24,432 nucleotides of DNA from Eubacteriales bacterium (lineage in GTDB: Bacteria > Bacillota > Clostridia > Oscillospirales > CAG-272). A program made the position numbers and the translations under genes. Below, piece by piece: positions 17,950 to 24,432 of this stretch. The DNA lies in the NCBI GenBank assembly GCA_045535925.1, contig JAZSMN010000202.1, positions 1 to 24,432 on the forward strand, written 5' to 3'. How positions within the stretch are numbered: position 1 is the first letter of the stretch; each line of letters begins with the position of its first letter. The notes below the pieces were generated by a model. The model did not search any database. It saw only the letters and a program-made list of their open reading frames with translations, and was not told the origin of the DNA.

Positions 17950-19236
17950 ATGGACACCAGCAGAATGGAATTCGACTTTGAGCAGACCTACGAAAACGAA
18001 ATAAATATAAAAGTAATCGGCGTTAGCGGTGGCGGAAACAACGCAGTAAACCGTATGATATCCACCAATATTCGCGGTGTAGAATTTGTCGCTATCAATA
18101 CAGATAGCCAGGTTCTCGACTCCTCCTGTGCGGCAAGAAAGCTCGTTATCGGTGACAAGGTAACAAGAGGTAAGGGCGCAGGCGCAATCCCCGAGGTTGG
18201 TAGACGCAGCGCGGAAGAATCCATTGAAGAAATCAAGGCAATTCTCTCGGATGCAGATATGGTATTCATCACCGCAGGTATGGGTGGTGGTACTGGTACC
18301 GGTGCCGCTCCTGTCATAGCAAAGGCGGCAAAAGAACTGGATATCCTCACCGTAGCAATAGTAACCAAGCCCTTTAGCTTTGAGGGTCACAAGAGATATG
18401 ACCAGGCAGAGAAAGGCATAGCAGAGCTCTCCAAGTATGTAGACTCTCTTATCGTTATACCCAACGAGAGATTGAAGCAGGTCGAGGATACTCGCATCAC
18501 TCTTGCAAACGCATTTGAGATAGCAGACGATGTTCTTCGCCGTGGTGTACAGTCTATATCCGAGCTTATCAATGTTCCTGGTTTTGTAAACCTCGACTTT
18601 GCTGATGTTACAACAATTATGAAGAATGCAGGCTATGCTCATATGGGTGTTGGCTCTGCTAAGGGTGCGGATAAGGCACAGCTTGCCGCTATGGCAGCAA
18701 TATCCTCCCCCCTGCTAGAAACCAGCATATCCGGTGCTATGGGTGTACTTGTTAGCATTACCGCATCCGATGATATAACCCTTGAAGAGGTTGAGATAGC
18801 ATCTCGTATGATTCACGATGAAGCTCACCCTGATGCAACAATTATTTGGGGCGCTGCCTTTGACCCTAACCTCAAGGACGAAATCAAGGTGACTATTATA
18901 GCAACAGGATTTGAGAATGCAAAAAATGAGACTATAACCATTCCCACCATCCCTGCTACTGCACCTCAACTTGAGACTAAACCCCAGACTACTATTATAC
19001 CCGAGGTAGTTATAGCAACCTCCGTAGCCGAGGAGCAGACCACATATCAGCCCGAGGCTCATCCCATCGAGGAGCCTAAATACACTCCTACAACTATCGA
19101 GCCTATTACCTTCGAGGTTCCTATGAGTAAGCCTACTCCTGCACCCGCACCCGCTCCCCAAACCGAGAGCAAGAACGTTGCAGAGTCCCTCGATGAGTAT
19201 GACGAAATTTTCACATTTATCAAAAGAAATAAATAA
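17950..19236 (+). CDS. ftsZ: Cell division protein FtsZ
   Basis: [34 protein letters not shown] signature, NLDFADV T7 loop, long Pro/Thr linker. GGAGG RBS supports the start at 17950. Confidence 0.98.
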   Translation: MDTSRMEFDFEQTYENEINIKVIGVSGGGNNAVNRMISTNIRGVEFVAINTDSQVLDSSCAARKLVIGDKVTRGKGAGAIPEVGRRSAEESIEEIKAILSDADMVFITAGMGGGTGTGAAPVIAKAAKELDILTVAIVTKPFSFEGHKRYDQAEKGIAELSKYVDSLIVIPNERLKQVEDTRITLANAFEIADDVLRRGVQSISELINVPGFVNLDFADVTTIMKNAGYAHMGVGSAKGADKAQLAAMAAISSPLLETSISGAMGVLVSITASDDITLEEVEIASRMIHDEAHPDATIIWGAAFDPNLKDEIKVTIIATGFENAKNETITIPTIPATAPQLETKPQTTIIPEVVIATSVAEEQTTYQPEAHPIEEPKYTPTTIEPITFEVPMSKPTPAPAPAPQTESKNVAESLDEYDEIFTFIKRNK

Positions 19237-19255
19237 TCTTTCGCCGTAAATTTTT

Positions 19256-19344
19256 AAAAAGAGAGAATCAAGTAACCGATATTTTCCATTAAAGCTAGTT
19301 GCTTTTTTGTGGATATCTGTGCTACTTTGGTTCTCTCTTTTTTT
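19256..19344 (+). terminator. Long imperfect stem-loop with T-tract downstream of ftsZ (probable terminator or 3' structure)
   Basis: AAAAAGAGAGAA (19256-19267) / TTCTCTCTTTTT (19331-19342) outer stem, further internal pairings (GATAT/ATATC, TCCA/TGGA, AAAGC/GCTTT), ending in a T run. Confidence 0.5.
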
Positions 19345-20058
19345 GCTTTTTATAACTTTCAGGTTTTAAACAATATCAACAAAGAAAACAAAAAATATAT
19401 TTTTCCGTCCTCAAAAAATCGACTAGTTTTTATAACTCTACACAATTCCGTTGTGAGAAAAAACGGCATTTTTAGGTCAAAAAACGCCGTTTAAAGCCTG
19501 TTTTTGCTCGTTTTTGGCTTTCATATCGGAATTGTGTAGTTTTTGTGTTGAAAATTATCAACAGAATTTAGGGGTGTATAATCGTGTTTTCAACACTAAC
19601 TAACAGCAAAAATCTCTTTATCGAATTTGTATATTTTGAATTTCTGAAGCTGCGCTCCGCGTTTAAACACCATAATCCTATCTTTCGGCAATTTGAAATT
19701 TTATTTTTTTTAGAATGCTATTTTATCAGCTTGGGCATATTGGTTTATACTATATTCCTTCTCTCGTTATACCCCTTCCCTGCCCTACTTCGTTATCTAT
19801 ACTCTATCTCTACACTGCCAATGCTTTGCTCTAATCTACCTTTTTTTCCATCCTGACTATGCTGGGCTTAAACTTGATTTTACAGTAAGCGTTTTTCTTT
19901 CTTGCTCGACGTATGAGTAAAAACCCACCTTTGTATACAACACTCTTATATTAAGGGCGCCAGAGCCGTTTTTTTCGCCTTTAAGACGCGTATAAAATTT
20001 TACCCGTTAATTAGTCATCTATTTCTTCTTGCCTTAAATTGGCGAAAAAATGCCGCAT

Positions 20059-20101
20059 AAAGAAAAATGCACCCCGAGAGCCATTTGCTCAAAGGGTGCA
20101 T
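20059..20101 (-). terminator. Intrinsic terminator after the mreB-like/small peptide unit
   Basis: ATGCACCC/GGGTGCAT stem with inner GAGC/GCTC pairing, followed on the minus strand by TTTTCTTT. Confidence 0.75.
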
Positions 20102-20122
20102 ATAAACGGTGTGCTTATTCAA

Positions 20123-20218
20123 TTAGATGAAAAGTACAAGAGCTCCCGCTACAACTCCGAAAATCATAAGGGCAACGAGTATGCCCGCCAACAATTTTGC
20201 TGCAGTTGTGTTTTTCAT
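20123..20218 (-). CDS. 31-aa single-pass membrane peptide (below the ORF-track cutoff)
   Basis: MKNTTAAKLLAGILVALMIFGVVAGALVLFI*. AAAGGATGG RBS-like sequence 8 nt upstream (alternative in-frame ATG at 20230). Lies between the mreB-like stop and a terminator. Architecture resembles DUF4044-type small proteins. Confidence 0.75.
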   Translation of the reverse strand: MKNTTAAKLLAGILVALMIFGVVAGALVLFI

Positions 20219-20251
20219 TTTTTTGTCCATCCTTTATTTTTTCAAAATAAT

Positions 20252-21295
20252 TTATTTTTTTGTGCTTTTGTAATATTGTGCTACCTTGCTGGTTATGTTC
20301 TGCTTGTTCTCTTTAAGCTTTATAGGTAGGAAGCTGTTTATTATAGACAGGCCTCTTGCCACGCAATCGATAGGATCCTTCGGTATCTTAACCTCAACAC
20401 CAAGAACCTTGGATATAAGTTTATCAAGACCGAAAATTTCTGCCCCACCACCGCTTAAAATAATTCCATTCTTAAACACCTCTTCAAGTGCATCATCGGG
20501 AATCTTCTTCAACGCGTCGATAATTGCATTAATAAGCAAGCGAAGAGCCGGCTCAAACACCCCGACTATGTCCTCGGTGGAAACACTCATCTTAAGCCTA
20601 TTTCCTGTCAAGGACAACGTTCCCTCTATATCAATACTGTCGTTAGGTCTGCCCTCCCAGACAGCACCCAAACGCTCTTTTATAGCTCTGGCGACTACAA
20701 GAGATATATTTACGTCGCCTTGCTCAAATATAAACTGCTTGACAGCCTTATCGAAATCCTCACCACCAATTTGATGTCGCTTGTTATAAATCAATGCTCC
20801 ATTGTTGGTAACCGAAATTTCTGTCGACAAGGCACCGATATTAACAGATACAGCGCTCATAGCAGGAGAATATCCTGCGCCAACCAAAGCGGCAACTGCG
20901 CGGGAAACAGATACAACCTGTTCTACACCCAAAGAAGCAACCATATCAAAGAGATCTTTTTCCTGTTTAGGCAAAATATCAGCAGGCACAGCAAGGATGC
21001 ATCTAATCTTATCCTTACGGCTAACCGCCTTTAGGGCACAACCGATAATCTCATTTGTCAAGGCGTGGTCAAATAGCAATCCGTTCTTGAACGGGCGAAT
21101 GAGAATACCCTCTTCCCCATTCTTGTCGCCACAATCCCTGCTTACCGCATCCGAACCAACCGAAATGATACGGGGCATACCGCTTTGTGGATTTTTATAA
21201 ACCAAGGCAACCGAGGGCTCTCTGAAAATGCCGCTTCGCTCGTCGCTGATGGTTATGTTAGCATATCCAAGATCCAAGCCGATTTTTGTAACCAT
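20252..21295 (-). CDS. Divergent MreB/Mbl-family actin-like protein
   Basis: GLDLG.AN, EPSVA, RPFKNG, GGEDFDKAV, IKERLG, GIILSGGGAEIFGLD, DCVARG. Catalytic motifs are altered (see findings). AAAGGAG RBS. Confidence 0.88.
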   Translation of the reverse strand: MVTKIGLDLGYANITISDERSGIFREPSVALVYKNPQSGMPRIISVGSDAVSRDCGDKNGEEGILIRPFKNGLLFDHALTNEIIGCALKAVSRKDKIRCILAVPADILPKQEKDLFDMVASLGVEQVVSVSRAVAALVGAGYSPAMSAVSVNIGALSTEISVTNNGALIYNKRHQIGGEDFDKAVKQFIFEQGDVNISLVVARAIKERLGAVWEGRPNDSIDIEGTLSLTGNRLKMSVSTEDIVGVFEPALRLLINAIIDALKKIPDDALEEVFKNGIILSGGGAEIFGLDKLISKVLGVEVKIPKDPIDCVARGLSIINSFLPIKLKENKQNITSKVAQYYKSTKK

Positions 21296-21333
21296 CCGTA
21301 TCTCCTTTCGTGATTATTTGTGCAGTACAGATA

Positions 21334-21362
21334 ATTATACTATGTTTTTACAGAAATTGCAA
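21334..21362 (-). promoter_or_regulatory. sigmaA promoter for the mreB-like gene and small peptide
   Basis: Minus strand reads TTGCAA, 17 nt, TATAAT. Confidence 0.7.
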
Positions 21363-21379
21363 TAGTTTTAGTAAAATAT

Positions 21380-23584
21380 TTAGTTTTCCGCCAGGCGCTC
21401 TGCAAGAGTGGTGTATCGCAAGGTTTCACGATTGTTTTGCACCATTCTACCGGGGATATCTGCCCTACCGACTAATATAACCATTTTCTTGGCACGAGTG
21501 ACGGCTGTATAAAGCAGATTTCTTGTCAAAAGCATCGGTGCGCAATAGTACATCGGAATTATAACAACAGGATATTCACTACCCTGACTCTTGTGTACTG
21601 TTATCGCGTAGGCGAGTTCAAGCTCTTCAAGATTTTCAAAGGGATATTCCACCCTTCTCTCATCAAACAGGATAAGCATCTTCTCTTCGCTTGGGTCGAT
21701 GCGTTCGACAACTCCCACGTCACCATTGAAAATGCCAATTCCCTCATATCCCGCCTTTTCCCAACGCAACTCATAGTTGTTGGTGTTTTGCATAACCTTG
21801 TCTCCCTCACGGAAGATTGTACCGTGGGCGGCTTTTTCTCGCTTAAACTTACCAGGCGGGTTTATTCTCGCCTGTAATTCCATATTAAGTGTTTCAACAC
21901 CGCCAGGCCCCTTTCTCGAGGGAGAGATAACCTGTATTTGCGAGGAAAAATCTCTGCCGTAGCTTCTTGGTAATCTCTCGGTAATCAAGGAGGAAATGGT
22001 AGAAGGTATCAACCTCTCGTCCTCACGATTTACAAAGAAGAAATCGTTGTCTGTGATACCAAGCAAAGGAGTAATACCCGCATTAATACGGTGGGCATTA
22101 CTGATTATAAGGCTTTTTTCCGACTGACGGAATATTTCTTTAAGACAAACCGTGCTAATAACACCAGAGGCGATAAAATCGGCAAGCACATTTCCAGCCC
22201 CCACACTTGGTAGCTGGTCAGAGTCGCCTATGAGGATAAGACGCGCGCCCCTCTTCATAGCACGAAGAAGTGCGGTAATCAAAGAGAGGTCAATCATCGA
22301 GGCCTCGTCTGCAATAACCACATCCTCGTCCAAGGGGTTTCGACTATCGCGGTTAAAGACGGTTTCAAAGCCGCCTCGTCTTTCCATTTCCAAAAGTCGG
22401 TGAATAGTCTTCGCCTCGTGGCCTGTCGCCTCGCTAAGTCGCTTTGCCGCGCGACCGGTGGGTGCACACAAGACAACCTTTCGACCAATACCGTTAAACA
22501 GGGTAATCATCGCACGAACGACAGTAGTCTTACCGGTACCGGGTCCACCGGTTAAAATGCTAACACCATTTTCAAGGGCACGGAACAGCGCCAGCCTCTG
22601 CAAGTGTGCATACTCGATACCCATATATGCCTCGACCTCTTCTATCATCGAGGAAATATCATACTGGCTAAAGGTGGATAAATCACTACACATGCTTCTG
22701 ATTTTAGCGGCGACAAATCTCTCGTTTTCGTCGGTGGTAGAACTCATAATAAGTCTATCATTTTCGGTTTGGTAAGAGGCAATAGCCTCCTCTACAATTA
22801 GTTCTTCGAGGGTTTGAGAAACTGCCGTTTTTTCAATATTAAGCATTTGTGCCGTGGCAGAAAGCAGTTTTTCCTCTGGAAGGCAGGTGTGCCCGTTGGT
22901 AACTCCGTTGTAAGAAAGTATGTATTCAAGGCCTGTGAATATACGATTTTTTGACATCATATTATGCCCCAAGGACATTGCTATTTTGTCAGCGGTTTCA
23001 AAAGAAATGCCATACTCGGTGTCGCATAGGATATAAGGATTTTCCTTAACTATACCTATTGTGTCGCCACCCAGCTTCTTATACATTTTTGATATTTCAC
23101 CCAACGAGGCATAGTCCTTAAAGAACATCATTACATTTCTAAAACCTGCTTGCTCACGGAAGGACGCGGAAATTGTTGCCGCTTTTTTTAGCGTAATTCC
23201 GGGAATATCCGCAAGCCACTCGGGGTGGTTCTCGATTATATTAAAGGTATCAAGACCAAATCTGTTTACTATTTTTAGCGCGGTGACGGGGCCTACTCCT
23301 TTTACAGAGCGGCTTGACAAATATTGAATTATGCCGTCAATTTCATCAGGCAAATACTTCTCATGCTTTGATAAGACAAACTGTTTACCAAACTCCTTGT
23401 GGAAAGTCCAAGTACCATAAAGCACTACCCTCTCCCCCTCAGTGAGCATCGGGATTTCTCCCACCGCTGTTACAAGTTCGTCATCAACCGAAATTTGGAA
23501 AACGGTATAGTCATTGGTTTCGTTTTTATAAACAATCTCTTCTACTGTACCACTGATAGTTTCAAGGGTTGACATTCTGTCCAT
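21380..23584 (-). CDS. recD2: ATP-dependent RecD2 DNA helicase (SF1B)
   Basis: N-terminal OB/HhH region (VKGVGPVTA), Walker A GGPGTGKTT, LCAPTGRAAKRL, DEASM, GDSDQLPSVG, FRQSEKS, YAITVHKSQGSE, LLYTAVTRAK. Confidence 0.96.
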   Translation of the reverse strand: MDRMSTLETISGTVEEIVYKNETNDYTVFQISVDDELVTAVGEIPMLTEGERVVLYGTWTFHKEFGKQFVLSKHEKYLPDEIDGIIQYLSSRSVKGVGPVTALKIVNRFGLDTFNIIENHPEWLADIPGITLKKAATISASFREQAGFRNVMMFFKDYASLGEISKMYKKLGGDTIGIVKENPYILCDTEYGISFETADKIAMSLGHNMMSKNRIFTGLEYILSYNGVTNGHTCLPEEKLLSATAQMLNIEKTAVSQTLEELIVEEAIASYQTENDRLIMSSTTDENERFVAAKIRSMCSDLSTFSQYDISSMIEEVEAYMGIEYAHLQRLALFRALENGVSILTGGPGTGKTTVVRAMITLFNGIGRKVVLCAPTGRAAKRLSEATGHEAKTIHRLLEMERRGGFETVFNRDSRNPLDEDVVIADEASMIDLSLITALLRAMKRGARLILIGDSDQLPSVGAGNVLADFIASGVISTVCLKEIFRQSEKSLIISNAHRINAGITPLLGITDNDFFFVNREDERLIPSTISSLITERLPRSYGRDFSSQIQVISPSRKGPGGVETLNMELQARINPPGKFKREKAAHGTIFREGDKVMQNTNNYELRWEKAGYEGIGIFNGDVGVVERIDPSEEKMLILFDERRVEYPFENLEELELAYAITVHKSQGSEYPVVIIPMYYCAPMLLTRNLLYTAVTRAKKMVILVGRADIPGRMVQNNRETLRYTTLAERLAEN

Positions 23585-23613
23585 ACCGTTCTCCTTTTCT
23601 TTTCGTTTAGTTT

Positions 23614-23642
23614 ATTATATCAAATTATAACTCTGATTTCAA
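23614..23642 (-). promoter_or_regulatory. sigmaA promoter (duplicated copy 1) driving recD2
   Basis: Minus strand reads TTGAAA, 17 nt, TATAAT, with extended -10 (TGaTATAAT). Confidence 0.75.
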
Positions 23643-23664
23643 GTACAGTTAAGGATATAAATAT

Positions 23665-23697
23665 TAAAAAATGGGTGCGATAAAATATCACACCCAT
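23665..23697 (-). terminator. Intrinsic terminator after TerY-C-like gene copy 1
   Basis: ATGGGTG.GA/TC.CACCCAT stem followed on the minus strand by a T run. Confidence 0.7.
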
Positions 23698-23725
23698 AAA
23701 ACAAGTATAAATCAAAGCGATTAAA

Positions 23726-24100
23726 TTAGAATCCGCCGCCAACATCAAGGCTCTCAAGTGTACCGCTAATTTCACCGCTGCTATTGCACCATTGGCAACA
23801 AGAAAATTGTTCTCCTGCGTGGCAATTAATTTTCCCGCAAGAACCACACCGATAGTAACCTCCCTTGCCACAGTAAGGACACCCCGGCCATTTTTCGTTC
23901 CAACGAATGTCACCTTTGATGGTAAAAATAGAAGCATATCCTTCACGACCTGCCGCCTTTTCATCAATAGCGAATGTCCAGTGATGCTCCCAATAAGCCT
24001 CGCTGCTACTTTCAAACTTAACCATTGTCATTCCGTAAGGTTTACCAGTCTTAGAACATTTGCACATTATAACGCCACCATCTGTTATATTTGATGCCAT
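23726..24100 (-). CDS. Standalone TerY-C-like Cys-rich metal-binding protein (copy 1)
   Basis: AGGAGG RBS. CKCSKTGKPY..W.FAID..PGCPYCG..CGSCGKINC..CQWC..LDVGGGF matches the TerY-C domain pattern as I recall it. Confidence 0.78.
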   Translation of the reverse strand: MASNITDGGVIMCKCSKTGKPYGMTMVKFESSSEAYWEHHWTFAIDEKAAGREGYASIFTIKGDIRWNEKWPGCPYCGKGGYYRCGSCGKINCHAGEQFSCCQWCNSSGEISGTLESLDVGGGF

Positions 24101-24190
24101 CCCTTACCTCCTAAATAAAATACACATTATACACATTTCTTTGAGAGCATCTGCATTTTTGCAGATTTACAATTTAACTTTTTTAAGTTC

Positions 24191-24219
24191 ATTATATCAA
24201 ATTATAAGTCCGATTTCAA
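24191..24219 (-). promoter_or_regulatory. sigmaA promoter (duplicated copy 2) driving TerY-C-like copy 1
   Basis: Minus strand reads TTGAAA, 17 nt, TGaTATAAT; same layout as 23614-23642. Confidence 0.7.
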
Positions 24220-24289
24220 GTACAAGATAAAGATTTGGGTGAGATAGAATGTCGCACCCATAGAAACAAGTATAAATCAAAGCGAAAAA

Positions 24290-24432
24290 TCAGAAGCCGC
24301 CGCCAACATCAAGGCTCTCGATAGTACCGCTAATATTACAAGTGCTATTGCACCACTTGCAAACAGAAACACTCTCTCCTCCGTGGCAATTTATCTTTCC
24401 ACAGCCACCACACTGGAAGTAACCACCCTTGC
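24290..24432 (-). CDS. TerY-C-like protein copy 2 (C-terminal part only; starts beyond the window)
   Basis: Manual translation KGGYFQCGGCGKINCHGGESVSVCKWCNSTCNISGTIESLDVGGGF* is 34/46 identical to the C-terminus of copy 1. Confidence 0.88.
   Translation of the reverse strand, partial: KGGYFQCGGCGKINCHGGESVSVCKWCNSTCNISGTIESLDVGGGF

Larger units (their letters stand above)
23614..24432. repeat. Diverged tandem duplication (~565-580 bp unit): TerY-C gene, terminator and promoter
   Basis: 23614-23647 vs 24191-24224 are 32/34 identical. 23701-23720 and 24266-24285 are identical. Hairpins at 23672-23696 and 24236-24260 and paralogous coding 3' ends. Confidence 0.9.

Noticed and set aside
3138-19161. 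Many opposite-strand or alternate-frame ORFs (e.g. 3138..3722, 8071..8634, 14314..14880, 17824..18642, 18715..19161)
   Set aside because: They lie within well-supported genes, lack RBSs and recognisable motifs, and are expected shadows of long coding sequences.
19780-19845. TAG-rich minus-strand tract as DnaA-trio repeats
   Set aside because: The TAG words are not in a sustained 3-nt register and lie about 190 bp from the nearest DnaA-like box, whereas trios abut a box.
20039-20329. Plus-strand 96-aa ORF
   Set aside because: Antisense to the mreB-like 3' end, the 31-aa membrane peptide and their terminator; no RBS.
23620-24094. ORFs 23620..24015 (minus) and 23792..24094 (plus)
   Set aside because: Alternate-frame and antisense overlaps of the TerY-C-like gene, which has the RBS, the Cys motifs and a conserved paralog.
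23614-24432. The repeats interpreted as a CRISPR array, integron cassettes or IS ends
   Set aside because: The unit is about 570 bp and contains a gene, terminator and promoter. There are no short repeat-spacer units, no attC-like structure and no integrase or transposase in the window.

Overview
Mostly core chromosome of a low-GC Bacillota, very likely a clostridial endospore-forming lineage (inferred from gene content and sigmaA-type promoters). Order: xseA (cut by the window edge), TsaD/Kae1-like paralog and nusB on the minus strand; DUF951-ruvA-ruvB on plus; rpe, ispF, ispD and a hypothetical gene on minus. Next is a reduced, atypical dcw cluster on plus: mraZ, rsmH, an unknown membrane protein in the ftsL slot, terminator, class B PBP (spoVD/ftsI), murE, murF, mraY, ftsW/spoVE, murG, ftsZ. 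It has no murD, ftsQ or ftsA. After it comes an ~800-bp non-coding gap rich in hairpins and DnaA-box-like 9-mers. The rest is on minus: a 31-aa membrane peptide missing from the ORF track, an MreB paralog with degenerate ATPase motifs, recD2, and two tandem diverged TerY-C-like zinc-binding genes whose terminator and promoter were duplicated with them. No rRNA, tRNA, CRISPR array or transposase was seen. All assignments come from reading motifs by eye, with no database searches.
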